Source of the DNA: an uncultured Planctomycetaceae bacterium
GTDB taxonomy: Bacteria > Planctomycetota > Planctomycetia > Isosphaerales > Isosphaeraceae
Assembly: GCA_963833985.1 (NCBI GenBank)
Contig: CAWIAD010000002.1
Span: 1,248,001 to 1,312,000, forward strand
Length of the DNA stretch: 64,000 nucleotides
Direction: 5' to 3'
In this document: positions 27,247 through 38,473 of the stretch, one piece after another
Numbering within the stretch: position 1 is the first letter of the stretch
Layout of the letters: each line of letters begins with the position of its first letter
Notes under the pieces: generated by a model
Told to the model about the DNA's origin: nothing
The model's database searches: none
The model's input: the letters and a program-made list of their open reading frames with translations, nothing else
Position numbers and translations under genes: made by a program

Positions 27247-27428
27247 GCCGTACTGTCCACGGTCAGGCTGCGGCCGCTGAAACTCACAAAACCTGGTGCG
27301 CAGGGAGACGCTCGGGTAGTTCCCCGCTATGATCCTATGTGAATCAACTCGGTTCGGCCACTGCGTCGCATCAGAAATGGAAGCAAGATCGTTCCACTTT
27401 GCAGACTCCCGTTCGAGGAAACAAGCTG

Positions 27429-28364
27429 ATGATCCGTTTGCCTTTGCTCACCGCCGTGATGCTGGCCCTTGGCGTTCCGGCCTCCGCCCAGCACCCCGCC
27501 GTGCTCCACAAGACCGCGAAAATCGGCGACCTGAACATCTTCTACCGCGAATCCGGGCCGAAAGATGCTCCGACGATCCTGCTCCTTCACGGCTTCCCGA
27601 CCAGCTCGCAGATGTTCCGAAACCTGATCCCGGCGCTGGGGCAGGAGTATCACGTCGTCGCCCCCGACTACCCCGGCTACGGCCACAGCTCGATGCCGGC
27701 CCACGACAAGTTCGCCTACACGTTCGACAATCTGGCGAAGGTCATCGACGAGTTCACCGAGACGCTCGGCTTGACCAGGTACGCCCTCTACGTTCAGGAT
27801 TACGGGGCGCCCGTCGGCTACCGCCTGGCGGTCAAGCACCCGGAGCGGGTCACCGCCATCGTGGTACAGAACGGCAACGCCTATGACGAGGGGATCGATA
27901 ACGAGTTCTGGAAGCCCATCAAGGCTTACTGGAAGGAGCCGAAGAGCAAGGAGAAGCGGGACGCCATCCGCAATCTGGTCACCTACGAAGCGACCAGGTG
28001 GCAGTACATGACAGGGGCGAAGAACCCAGAGCTGGTAAGCCCCGACGGCGCGGCCCACGACCAGTTCCTCCTGGACCGAAAGGGCAACGACGAGATCCAG
28101 CTCGACCTGTTCCTCAGCTACGGCAGCAATCCGCCGCTCTATCCGAGCTGGCAGGCGTATTTCCGTGAGCATCAGCCGCCCATGCTGATCGTCTGGGGCA
28201 AGAACGACCAGATCTTCCCGCCCGCTGGGGCCGAGCCGTACAAGCGCGACCTGAAGACATTGGAATTCCACCTCCTCGACGCCGGGCACTTCGCCCTCGA
28301 GACGAACGGCGACGAGATCGCGAAGTTGATGCGCGACTTCCTCGGCAAGCACGTAAAGAAGTAA
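27429..28364 (+). CDS. Alpha/beta hydrolase (epoxide hydrolase-like) with signal peptide
   Basis: [30 protein letters not shown]. Confidence 0.92.
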   Translation: MIRLPLLTAVMLALGVPASAQHPAVLHKTAKIGDLNIFYRESGPKDAPTILLLHGFPTSSQMFRNLIPALGQEYHVVAPDYPGYGHSSMPAHDKFAYTFDNLAKVIDEFTETLGLTRYALYVQDYGAPVGYRLAVKHPERVTAIVVQNGNAYDEGIDNEFWKPIKAYWKEPKSKEKRDAIRNLVTYEATRWQYMTGAKNPELVSPDGAAHDQFLLDRKGNDEIQLDLFLSYGSNPPLYPSWQAYFREHQPPMLIVWGKNDQIFPPAGAEPYKRDLKTLEFHLLDAGHFALETNGDEIAKLMRDFLGKHVKK

Positions 28365-28390
28365 CCCGAATATCGACGAGGAGCTTCGAG

Positions 28391-29038
28391 ATGGAGTTCA
28401 AAAAGAGTGACACTGCCCTGGTCGTCATCGATCCTCAGAACGACGTCTTGAGCGAGACGGGCGTCTCCTGGGGGCTGGTTGGCGAGAGCATTAGGGAGAA
28501 CAACACCGTCGAAAACCTGGAGCGTCTCTTCCGGGCCGCGAAGGGTGGCAGGTTCGAGGTCTTCATCTCGCCCCACTACCTATACCCGGCCGATCAGGGC
28601 TGGGGGTTCGGCGGGGCGGTCGAGCGGATGATGCTCGAGGGCAAGGAGTTCTTCCGGCGCGACCCGCTCAGCCTCGACGGCTTCACGGGCTCAGGCGCTG
28701 ATTGGCTCGACCGCTACAAGCCGTCCATCGAGGACGGCAAGACGATCGTGGTGAGCACCCACAAGGTGTGGGGGCCACAGACCAACGACCTTGTGCTGCA
28801 GCTTCGTAAACGCCGCGTCAGCAAGGTCGTCCTGGCCGGGATGCTCGCCAATCTCTGCGTGGAGAGCCACCTGCGCGAGCTGATCGAGCAGGGTTTCGAG
28901 GTTGCCGTGGTGAAGGACGCGACGGCCGGGCCAAGGCATCCCGAACTCGGGGACGGTTATAAGGCCGCGGTCGTAAACTACAACTTCATCGCCAACGCGG
29001 TACTGACTACCGACGAAGCGGTGAGCGCGATGCGGTAA
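28391..29038 (+). CDS. Isochorismatase/cysteine hydrolase family protein
   Basis: TALVVIDPQND, HK, GMLANLCVES, KDATA. Confidence 0.92.
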   Translation: MEFKKSDTALVVIDPQNDVLSETGVSWGLVGESIRENNTVENLERLFRAAKGGRFEVFISPHYLYPADQGWGFGGAVERMMLEGKEFFRRDPLSLDGFTGSGADWLDRYKPSIEDGKTIVVSTHKVWGPQTNDLVLQLRKRRVSKVVLAGMLANLCVESHLRELIEQGFEVAVVKDATAGPRHPELGDGYKAAVVNYNFIANAVLTTDEAVSAMR

Positions 29039-29085
29039 GCCAGCGCGATCGCTTCAGACCTGACTCAACTCCGGAGATTCGCGTC

Positions 29086-30021
29086 ATGCCTTCCGAACTT
29101 GCCGGCAAGCTTCTCGGCGTGCTCGATCAGCTTTCCGGGGGCGTGCATCCCGGCTTCCGTCCCGTTCACGCCAGGGGCGTGATGTTCTCGGGTAAGTTCG
29201 TCCCCGCGCCCGCCGCGGCCGAATTGACGATGGCTCCGCACGCCACACGCCCCTGGACCCCGGTCACCGTGAGGTTCTCCGCCTCGTCCGGCATCCCCAC
29301 CGTGGCCGATAACGCCCCGGAAGGATCGAGTCCGCAGGGGATGGCGACCCGGTTCCACCTGGCCGAGCACGTCCATACCGACATCATCGCCCACTCGTTC
29401 AACGGATTCCCGGCACGAACCGGGGAGGAGGTGCTGGAGTTCTTCGAGGCGGCTGCCGCAAGCGGGCCAGGGGCTCCGGCACCGCCGCCGATCGTGGCGT
29501 TTCTGGCCGCTCACCCGGCGGCGAAAGCCTTCGTCGAGGCCCCGAAGCCGATCCCATCGAGCCTGGCGCGCCAGCCCTATTTCGCGGTCAACGCCTTCCA
29601 GTTCACGAACGCCGGCGGCCGGAGCCGGTTCGGCCGGTTCCGCCTTGTCCCCGATGCGGGGACCGATTTCTTGACCCCCGATCAAGCGAGCCGCAAGACG
29701 GCTGACTTCCTCGCCGCCGAGATGTCCGAGCGTCTTGCAAAGGGTCCGGTGATCTTCCATGCGCTGGTGCAACTGGCCGAGGACGGTGACGACGTGACCG
29801 ACGCCACCGTGATCTGGCCCGAGACCCGGCACCTCGTGGAGTTCGGCACCGTCACGCTGAGCGAGCGGATCGACGAGCTGGCGCCTGAGCATCGAAAGAT
29901 CATCTTCGATCCGGTCCCGAGGGTGGACGGGATCGATCCCTCGGGCGATCCTCTCATCGACGTGCGGGCAGATGTCTACCTGCTGAGCGGCCGCAGGCGG
30001 CGCGCAGACGCGGCGAAATGA
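29086..30021 (+). CDS. Catalase-related peroxidase
   Basis: GFRPVHARG, VRFS, GMATRF, FDP, R..VY..S. Confidence 0.92.
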   Translation: MPSELAGKLLGVLDQLSGGVHPGFRPVHARGVMFSGKFVPAPAAAELTMAPHATRPWTPVTVRFSASSGIPTVADNAPEGSSPQGMATRFHLAEHVHTDIIAHSFNGFPARTGEEVLEFFEAAAASGPGAPAPPPIVAFLAAHPAAKAFVEAPKPIPSSLARQPYFAVNAFQFTNAGGRSRFGRFRLVPDAGTDFLTPDQASRKTADFLAAEMSERLAKGPVIFHALVQLAEDGDDVTDATVIWPETRHLVEFGTVTLSERIDELAPEHRKIIFDPVPRVDGIDPSGDPLIDVRADVYLLSGRRRRADAAK

Positions 30022-30395
30022 GACCTCGGCCGGGGTTGACGCTCGATGATGAGCATCGATTCACCGAAGACCCGCATCCGAGATGCCGGCTGCGCTGAGC
30101 GATGGCTACTCGAACATCGCGATTGGTAGGTTCCTGGACTTAACGGATGCGGCCGTCAGGATCATGCTGAAGCCGGCGGGAATCAGGCGGGCGAATCGGG
30201 TTCTCTCGTCCCTCCACGATTGGCAGGCAGTCATCATCAGGGCCGAACTCAAGGCGAAACTGGCTCAGAAGGATACGGCGAATGGGACGGTGATCGCAGG
30301 TTGATTCGACCATCTCATCGGGGGATTGCCCGGGCCGGAGTTGCACGCGAAGATCGTGGAGACGCTCAAGGGGGAGCCCCGTCCGCCGGATGACC

Positions 30396-31826
30396 CTAAG
30401 AGCCGTCAGTCGCCGACGGCTTCGGCAACTTACCCTCGAGTCCCTTGTACCTCTCGACCGCCTTCTTGAAGGCTGAGCCGTCGTCGATGAACTTCCGCTG
30501 CTGACGCTGCTCGTTCGCCACGGCGAAAAGCCTGCGCACGATGGCCGGGCTGCTTTCGTTGGCCGCGTCGCTGCGACCGCTTTCCTTGTCTGGCCGCCAG
30601 GTCTCGATCAGCTCGGGGACGATTTCGAGGAGAAACTTCACGCGGGTGGCCCGGGCGAGCTTCGGATCTTCGAGCTTCGCCAGAACCTGGGCAGGAGTTC
30701 GCTGAGCGGTGCCGGAAACAACCTTGATCGGTCCGTCGTCCGCTGGCGTCGGTTCAAACGCCGTCCGCGCAAAAGGCTGGAGTGCGAGCTTCTCCGCTTT
30801 GAGGGGATCGCGGTCCAACACACCTGCTTTGTATGCATGCACCTCCTCGAGGATGCCACGCAATGCGGTGGCGAGCGGCGTCCGGGACTCCGCCCGCGAC
30901 GGATCGAGAGAGACGCGCAGGAGGTTCGCGAGGTGCTCGTTCTGGAGCCTCCGATCGCTCGGGTAGCGTTCCGCTGCCTGCATGAGCAGCCCATTGGCCC
31001 ACCGCGTCTGCCCCGCCCTGGCTTCGATCAGCGTACGCAGCGAGGCCGCCTCACCGTCGTCAAGCGCCCGAACCGGTACCTTCGAATCGGCCGCGGGGCC
31101 GGTGGTCGCTCCCGTCGCCTTTGTCACAGGCGGCATCACTGCTGGACCGCGCGGCGCCGGCTCAGGGGTTGGTGGAGTCTTGACCGTGCCCGCTGACGGG
31201 GCCGGATTGGCCGTGTCGTCATATTGCCGAAGTGGCCCAGTCGGACGCCGCCGTTCCCGAGCAGGCGCCGGCCGGGGTGCCTCGGGTTCCGGTTCGATCT
31301 CGGCAGGCGGTAACGGCGCATCACCGAGCCCGGCCAGGGCGATCGCGTGCAGCCGATCCATGTCGAACACATCGGCATCGAGCTTGCCGAGACGGGGGCC
31401 GGCGATGGGCAGGTCCGTGACCATCTCACCACTTGCCGTCTCGAACTTGGTCAGGACGAGTGCGTCCCCGTCCACCCGGCAGAAAATCTCTCGGACGCGG
31501 ATCTCCTGAGGTTCGCCGGCGCCGTTGACATAGGTGATCCTGATCGAGGGCGTCGAGGGACGTTTGGTCATTCCGTCCCTGTACCTCGGGTCAGCTGCGG
31601 CGGTCGCCAGCAATTGACGGGCGGCATACGAGCCGTATGTGGCGGGATCGGACTGGTCGATCCGCAGGCGTCCCAGTTCATCCTTGAAGACCCGGATCTC
31701 CGGTATCGTCCATGCCGCCGACGCCTGAGGCGCACGGGCTGGTGGTTTCGCCTCTCTCCGCCCGCCTTGATTATTCGCTGCGACCACTGCGACCATCCTC
31801 GCATGTCGGAAGGGTCGACATTCCAT
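30396..31826 (-). CDS. Hypothetical protein with Pro-rich linker; start uncertain
   Basis: 476-codon ORF with protein-like composition; no family recognised. Confidence 0.55.
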   Translation of the reverse strand: MECRPFRHARMVAVVAANNQGGRREAKPPARAPQASAAWTIPEIRVFKDELGRLRIDQSDPATYGSYAARQLLATAAADPRYRDGMTKRPSTPSIRITYVNGAGEPQEIRVREIFCRVDGDALVLTKFETASGEMVTDLPIAGPRLGKLDADVFDMDRLHAIALAGLGDAPLPPAEIEPEPEAPRPAPARERRRPTGPLRQYDDTANPAPSAGTVKTPPTPEPAPRGPAVMPPVTKATGATTGPAADSKVPVRALDDGEAASLRTLIEARAGQTRWANGLLMQAAERYPSDRRLQNEHLANLLRVSLDPSRAESRTPLATALRGILEEVHAYKAGVLDRDPLKAEKLALQPFARTAFEPTPADDGPIKVVSGTAQRTPAQVLAKLEDPKLARATRVKFLLEIVPELIETWRPDKESGRSDAANESSPAIVRRLFAVANEQRQQRKFIDDGSAFKKAVERYKGLEGKLPKPSATDGS

Positions 31827-31967
31827 CCCAGGGCCACCTGATCAGAAGGTCCGTTCGTGACGGTGCCTGCCGCCTAGCGCGGTACTCGACCTTCCATCCG
31901 AATCAAGTCACGGGGATTCTTGACCAGGCCTGGCCTTCTGTCTCTTTTGATACTTCATCCCACCGGA

Positions 31968-32211
31968 AAGTTCCATGGCTTCCGGGCGACCGAGGAGGCG
32001 AAAGCCTTCATCAAGGCCCCGAAAGCGACCCTATCGAGCCTGGCGCGCCAGCCTTATTTCGCGGTCAACGCCTTCCAGTACACGAACGCCTGCCGCCAGA
32101 GCCAGTTCGGCGGTTCCGCCTTGTCCCCCAATGCGGGGACCAAGTTCCTGACCCCCGATCAAGCGAGCACCAGGACGCCTGACTTCCTCGCCGCCGAGAT
32201 ATCCGAGCGTC
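31968..32211 (+). pseudogene. Degenerate internal duplicate of the catalase-related peroxidase gene
   Basis: 31998-32211 aligns by eye with 29521-29734 (for example TCGAGCCTGGCGCGCCAGCC and GACTTCCTCGCCGCCGAGAT), with substitutions and a frameshift. Confidence 0.88.
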
Positions 32212-32223
32212 TCTCAAACGCAA

Positions 32224-32289
32224 GCGCAAAATGGAAGCGCAAAATGGGGCCACCCACAATGGCAAAATGGCAAAATGGGGCCACCCACA
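32224..32289. repeat. Short tandem/direct repeat patch
   Basis: CAAAATGGGGCCACCCACA at 32240-32258 and 32271-32289, plus extra CAAAATGG units. Confidence 0.8.
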
Positions 32290-32951
32290 GTCTGAGGTGT
32301 CAGCAGATGGGCGACCCTTCCGCCATCTCCTTCTGCCATTCCTCCCGCTTTGCGTAGAGGCACCAGACTCGGAGATGGACGTGGCCGATAAGGCGCTGGA
32401 TGCAACGAGTGAGCCGCCCGTGAGCCAGAATGTGAGTGGCCCCATCTGCCCGCCCTCTTGCTTGCGCCGCCGGGTGTCCGGATCGTCAGCAGGCGACCCG
32501 ACAATCCCCTGGCAGGGCGTTGTCCCAGGCGCCTCCGTCCGGTGCAAGCGGTCTCGGACCACCCCCTCCGCGATTGGCTTCGTTCTCGCCATCATGCCAG
32601 CGAAGCCATCGGACGTAACTCTCTTTTTGAATGAGCTTTACATACGCATTTCCCGGGTTTTCATTTGGGTTCGGTCCGCGTTTTTTTGCAAGCAGCCGTG
32701 GCGATTCCCACGTCAGGTAGGGTGCGGTCGAGCGCAGCGAGGCCCACCAGACGGCCAGGTGATGGACGCCGGCGCGCCGCCAGGCTTTCCCCTGGCGGCG
32801 CCCTGGTCCGTACAAACAACCGAAATGCCAAGGAGCCGGCGCTGCGCCACTCTATTGAGTTTACGATGCGGACGCCGCGGATCTTGCCAACCAGCACACA
32901 GTTTGCTCTCCTTGTGCCGGCGCGGTCGGATCACTTCACCTCAGGTGCCCC

Positions 32952-33134
32952 ATGCGTCTGCTCTTCTCGTCGGTTCACTGTTACCTGGACCCCTCCGGCG
33001 GCGCGTCGTTGTGCACGCGGGAACTCCTGGAGTTGCTGGCGGCGCGGGGGATGGACTGCCGGGCGCTCACGATGGGGATCATGGACCCCGAGCGCGAAAC
33101 ATCGCTCGACGAGTTCAGGGCTGCGGCATTCTGA
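32952..33134 (+). pseudogene. N-terminal fragment of a family 4 glycosyltransferase
   Basis: MRLLFSSVHCYLDPSGGA..CTRELLELLAARG.DC resembles a GT4 N-terminus; stops after 60 aa. Confidence 0.55.
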
Positions 33135-33575
33135 CGGTGACAGCGGGGATGGACTACCAAGCTTTGCCGGGGCGGCGATGATGAGAAAAAGCGGACCATG
33201 CCACAGGATTCACTTGACCGATGCCGACGCCGGATTTACCTTCATCGCTTGTCCCGATGCTGCATCTCCTGATCTGGTCTCTGTGACTCGTCCGCTCGCG
33301 GTTCTCTATTCATTGATCACGATGATGGTAACGAGGGCAAAACGATCGGCGAGCTCCAGCTCTCGAGGGGGCGACGTGTGGCAGTTCGGTTCCAACGACC
33401 GCAAGCGCAACCCCACAACGAGCGCGGTCGAGAAGAGCTCGGGAGGCACGAATCGGGAGCGGGAGAACTCAACGTTGGGTGTGCCGGGCCATCCTTACGG
33501 CGTCGACGCCTGGAGCGCCGGGACCGCAGTCTGCCTGGCCTGGAATATGGCCTCCGACCAGGGTGACGGCAGCCC

Positions 33576-34835
33576 CAGGGCGATTGCGCCATAATGGGTA
33601 ATTTGGCATGATTGGGCGGACGCGATTTCGCCGCTTGTTGCGAATCAGCAAGGGTCGAGGAGATCGCGCGAGCCCGGAATTCATGACATGTCGAAATCCA
33701 AGTCTGTTCGGATCGCGGACCATTTCGCGGAACTGACCGATCCGCGGCGTCGTGCGGTGACCTACCCGTTGATCAATGTGGTAGTCATTGCCGTGTGTGC
33801 TGTGATCTGTGGCGCGGATGATTTCGTCGCCATCGCCAAGTTCGGCAAGACGAAGCATGAGTGGCTGGCGCGGTTTCTCGATCTGAAGACCGGCATACCG
33901 TCGCACGATCGTTTCAATGCGATCTTCGCCGCCCTCAAACCGGCGGAGTTCGAGAAGTGTTTGCTGAGCTGGATCACGGCTCTGCATGAAGTCACCGGCG
34001 GGCAGGTGATCGCCATCGACGGCAAGACGCTTCGCCGCAGCTTCGATACGGCCAGCAGCAAGACGGCCATTCACATGGTGAGTGCCTGGGCGACCGCCAA
34101 TCATATTAGCTTGGGGCAGGTCGTCGTCGACGCCAAGAGCAACGAGATCACGGCCATCCCGAAACTGCTGGAAATGCTCGAATTGGCCGGCGCGATGGTC
34201 ACCATCGACGCGATGGGTTGTCAAACCGAGATCGCGCGGCGAATCGTCGACGCAGGCGCGGATTACTGCCTGGCCGTGAAGGATAACCAACCCACTTTGC
34301 ATCAGGGGATCATCGACTACTTCGCGAGGCACGTGGAGGACGACTTCGCGGGCGTCCGGATGCGTCACCATACGACTGATGAAAAAGGGCACGGGCGAGT
34401 GGAGACTCGTCACTACATGATCTGCCCTGTTCCCGACGATTTGCCAGACCGTTTGCGTTGGCCCGGCCTGAAGGCGATTGGAGTTGCCATCAACATAACA
34501 CAGCGCGACGGCGAGACGGTCGGCGAAAACCGCTATTACATCCTGAGCAAATTCGTCGCGGCCAGCCGTTTCGCCGATGCCGTACGGTCGCACTGGGGTA
34601 TCGAAAACCAACTGCACTGGCAACTCGATGTCACCTTTCAGGAAGACCAATGCCGCATCCGCCAAGGTCACGCGGATGCGAACTTCAGCATCCTCCGCAG
34701 GGCCGCACTGAGCCTGTTGAAGAACGAGACCACACTGAAAGTCGGCATCAAGAACAAACGCCTCACCGCCGGCTGGGACGAAGCCTATCTCGAAAAAGTG
34801 CTGATCGGCTCATGACTTAAGGTGCAATCGCCCTG
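33576..34835 (+). mobile_element. ISAs1-family insertion sequence, complete
   Basis: Terminal IRs CAGGGCGATTGCGCCATAA and TTAAGGTGCAATCGCCCTG (17/19 match); 10-bp target duplication ACGGCAGCCC at 33566-33575 and 34836-34845. Confidence 0.95.
33688..34815 (+). CDS. ISAs1-family transposase
   Basis: DPR, GIPSHD, IDGKTLR, KSNEITAIP, TIDAMGCQ, HGRVETR, HWGIENQLHWQLDVTFQED. Confidence 0.97.
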   Translation: MSKSKSVRIADHFAELTDPRRRAVTYPLINVVVIAVCAVICGADDFVAIAKFGKTKHEWLARFLDLKTGIPSHDRFNAIFAALKPAEFEKCLLSWITALHEVTGGQVIAIDGKTLRRSFDTASSKTAIHMVSAWATANHISLGQVVVDAKSNEITAIPKLLEMLELAGAMVTIDAMGCQTEIARRIVDAGADYCLAVKDNQPTLHQGIIDYFARHVEDDFAGVRMRHHTTDEKGHGRVETRHYMICPVPDDLPDRLRWPGLKAIGVAINITQRDGETVGENRYYILSKFVAASRFADAVRSHWGIENQLHWQLDVTFQEDQCRIRQGHADANFSILRRAALSLLKNETTLKVGIKNKRLTAGWDEAYLEKVLIGS

Positions 34836-35278
34836 ACGGCAGCCCCGAGCCATACATAATCAGAAAGCGTGATCACAGCGTCTATCCCAGATTGCTCAGT
34901 CGTCGCCGGAGAAAAGTCATGTCCCCTTCAGGCCTTCCCCTTCAGGCCTTCCTCGGGCACGAGTATCCGGGGCCGCACAGTGAGGTTGGAGCTGGGCAAA
35001 GCCCTGTTCGGGCGTTCGGACAACCGGGTTCGGGCCACTCGTACCGGATCGAGGACCGAGCCGACACGACGAGAGTACCCATGATAAACTTCCGAGGCTG
35101 GCCGATATACGCCACCGAGCTCGCGTCGTCGGTTCAGCCATTCTGTGGCCGCATCCAATACGAGGCTGCCCCGGGACACGTGCGATTCATTACAGAATCC
35201 GTGCCAGCGCAACCGATACATCCCGCAAGTGCGGATAGGGACTGGAGTCACGATCATGCATGCCGGAGCGCTCGTTCG

Positions 35279-36977
35279 ATGCCTCGATCAGACTCCGGTC
35301 ATGCCTTGAGGTCGATCCGCCGCCAGTCCTGGCTGATCGTGCTCGCCTTCACAATCGGCTGTGCTCAGTCCAAGCCCGAGCTCCAGGCTCGCCTGGCTCG
35401 ACGAGTTGTGTCCGACGAAGTCGGCTCCGCTCGACCGGCCGAACGACTCGAAGTGAAGACCCCCAAGCCGGCGACGAGCGACACGAAGGTGCGGCTCGCC
35501 GCCGCCTCGCACCCTGGCCAGGCGACCAAGGCCCTCGTGGAGCAGGATCGATCCAGGGCGCTGCCACCGGCGCTCGAAGCCCCGTCACATCGTTCCGAGT
35601 CCGAGCAGCAACGTTCCCCCGGAGTGTCACTTCCGAGTGATTCCGACGAGGCCACCCTCGATGCGATCGCCGCCAGCGGCAAGCCATTGGCACTCCCTGA
35701 GGCGATCGATCTGGCGTTCCACACTCAGCCGCGATTGCGCGCTCAGCTCGAGAGCATCTCCCAGGCCCAGGGGCAGCAGCAGATCGCGTTCTCGACGTTC
35801 CTGCCCATCGTCGCCGGCCGTTTCGATGCGGGGGGATTCGGGCTCGGGGTGGGGGGCCAACCCATCCAGCTGCCGAAAGGTCTCCCCGGATTCAATTTCC
35901 TGCCCGGCGTCGGGGCCGTCCCCTTCGGCCTCAACCTGGGGACGACCTTCGAGCTGGCCGAGCTCAAGGTCCAATGGCTGCTCCTCGACTTCGGCCGTCG
36001 GCTCGGCCTCCACGAGCAGGCACGATTGGCAGGTGACATCGCTCGTCTCCAGACGGAGCGAGCCCACCAGACGGTGGCCAACGAGGTCGCGGTCGCCTAC
36101 TACAACGTCCTCCGCAGCCAGGCGCTGCGGCGGACGGCCCAGGATGCCCTCCGTCGCGCCGAGGAGGAGCTGGCCGATGCGCAAACGCCAACGCGAGGGC
36201 GTCATCGAGCGCGAGCTCGTACTGCGGTCCGAGGTGCAAACCGCCGAGTTCCGCCAGGCGCTCCACGCCGCCACGGAGGCGGAGTTCGTGGCCCTGGGCG
36301 GGTTGAACTTGGCGATCGGGCTCAAGTGCAATGAGCCGCTCCGTTTGGTTGAGCCGACCGAGATCCCGCCGTTGGCTTCCTCGCTCGCCGATTGCCTGCA
36401 GACAGCCGTCCGGGAGCGCCGTGAGTTCTACGTCGTCCAGCGCACCGTCGAGGTCGCCGTGCAGGGGGGCCGCGTCGCCCGGGCCCAGTTCGCGCCCAAG
36501 GTCGTCGCGGATGGGACCCTGCTGAACTTCCAGCAGCAAGAGCTGAAGGGCCACGCCGACTTGCGGCTGGGGTTCATCCGGCTCGAGTGGACGCTCTTCG
36601 AGGGAGGGCGGAAGATCGCCGCGGCACGCGTGGCGGACTCGCAAGTGCGCCAGGCCATGGCTCACGCCGAGTCGATCGCGGATAATATCGCGTTCCAGGT
36701 CAACGAGGCTTACCGGAACGCCGTCACCGCCCGGGTCGGCATCGACGATGCCCGCCCGGCGGTCGACCAGGCGAGCGAGAACTACCGGCTCGTGCAACTG
36801 CGGCTACGCGAGGGCGCGGCCACGTCGACCGAGATCGCCGACGCGCAAGCGTCGCTGACCCGTGCCCATCAGAATTATCTGAACGCCCGTTATGGCTACT
36901 TGATCGCGATGGACCGCCTGGCTTATGCCATGGGAGTTGGCCAGACACCGATGCCAAGTGCACCCGGGCATCACTAG
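35279..36977 (+). CDS. TolC-family outer membrane efflux lipoprotein, frameshift near 36182
   Basis: Lipobox-like TIGC; OEP repeats (WLLLDFGRR, VAVAYYNVL, WTLFEGG, DAQASL) over two frames. Confidence 0.85.
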
Positions 36978-36997
36978 CCCCGACGAGGTCGAACCAC

Positions 36998-38473
36998 ATG
37001 GAGCACCCCATGAGCGCCATTCAGTCGCCCCAGGCTCCTGCGAACAGCCCGGCCCAGCCTGCGGCCGCGACACCGTCGGCTCCGCCAGCCGATCGCCGAA
37101 GGCGCTTCCGTCCGGGCCACCTTATCGCGCTGATCGCGCTGATCGCGCTCACCACCGTCGGCCTGCCGCTCGTGATGAGGTGGGTCGAATACCGCCAGAG
37201 CCATTCGATCACCGACGACGCCTTCGTCGAGACCCACATCGTCAACATAGCCCCGCAACTGGTCTCCGGCCGGATCATCCGGTTCCTGGCCGACGAGAAC
37301 GACCGCGTCGTCCAGGGTCAGGTCGTGGCGGAGATTGACCCGATTCCGTACCGCGACAAGGTCAACGTGGCTCGGGCCCAGCTCGACTCCGCGCTCGCCG
37401 AACTGAACCGCCAACGTGCCGACCTGGAACGTGTCCGGAAGGAGGTCCCAATCCAGATCGAGATCGCCCGACGGACAGCCGCCGCCTCCCTGGCCGACCG
37501 GGTGAGGGCCGAGAAGTCACTGAGGCTAACCGAGGATGATGTCGAGAGAGGGATCGACGAAGCCCGTGCGGGAGTGAAGGCGGCCCGGGCCTCCCTCACG
37601 CTGGCTGAACTGGAGTATGCACGCTTCACCCGGCTCGAGCAGCAGGGGGCCAGCCCGATGCGTCAGCAGCAGCAAGTCACGCAGTCCCGCGATTCGGCCT
37701 CCGCGCAGGTCGACTTATCCGAGGCCCGGCTGGCCAAGGCCCTGGCCTCTCGGACCCAGATCGACGTCGCTCGCAGCGCGCTGGACGCCGCGCAGAAGTC
37801 GGAGCAGAAAGCGGCCAAGGGGATCAACCTCGCGGAGCTCGGCTACGACCAGATCCGCGAGATCGAGCTGCTGGTCAGGGTCAAGGAACAGACCGTCCAG
37901 CAGGCCCGGCGGGCGGCGGAGGCCGCCGAGAACGACCTGGCGTATACCAAGGTCCGGGCCCCGTTCCCCGGCGTGCTGGTCAAGCGGTACCGCAACCTGG
38001 GCGACTTCGCCTCAGCAGGTGCCGCCCTGCTAAGTCTTTATGACCCGGACCTGCTCTACGTCGAGGCCAATCTGGAAGAGGATCGCCTGCCTGGCATCGA
38101 GCCGGGCAACCTGGTCCGGATCGACCTCTACGCCTTCGCCGAGCCCTTTCGGGGGCGGGTCGTCTGGGTCAACAAGGCCACGGGAGCCCAGTTTGCGCTG
38201 ATGCCGCGCAACGTCGTCTCGGGCGAGTTCACCCGCGTGGTGCAGCGGGTGCCGGTGCGAATCCAGATCGAGCGCGACGACCGCTGGCCGCGGCTTCGCG
38301 CCGGGCTGATGGCGACAGTGGCCATCGCACATGGCCCCGGCGATGCCGCCTGGGCCGCCGAGGCGGCGCGGGCTATGGGTGAGCTCGAGACGCGCTATAA
38401 CGCGTCCGCCACACCCGAGGAGACCGTACTTGATGGGAGCTCCGCCGACACGTCCGGGGCGGTGACGCGATGA
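36998..38473 (+). CDS. HlyD/EmrA-family membrane fusion protein
   Basis: N-terminal TM helix, TDDAFV, VRAPFPG, TGAQFALMP.N.VSGEFTRVVQRVPVRI. Confidence 0.92.
   Translation: MEHPMSAIQSPQAPANSPAQPAAATPSAPPADRRRRFRPGHLIALIALIALTTVGLPLVMRWVEYRQSHSITDDAFVETHIVNIAPQLVSGRIIRFLADENDRVVQGQVVAEIDPIPYRDKVNVARAQLDSALAELNRQRADLERVRKEVPIQIEIARRTAAASLADRVRAEKSLRLTEDDVERGIDEARAGVKAARASLTLAELEYARFTRLEQQGASPMRQQQQVTQSRDSASAQVDLSEARLAKALASRTQIDVARSALDAAQKSEQKAAKGINLAELGYDQIREIELLVRVKEQTVQQARRAAEAAENDLAYTKVRAPFPGVLVKRYRNLGDFASAGAALLSLYDPDLLYVEANLEEDRLPGIEPGNLVRIDLYAFAEPFRGRVVWVNKATGAQFALMPRNVVSGEFTRVVQRVPVRIQIERDDRWPRLRAGLMATVAIAHGPGDAAWAAEAARAMGELETRYNASATPEETVLDGSSADTSGAVTR

Noticed and set aside
30083..30304. 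Small HTH-like ORF
   Set aside because: Too short and ambiguous to call; possibly a relic.
32224..32289. CRISPR array
   Set aside because: Only two 19-bp copies 12 bp apart, no spacer series and no cas genes.
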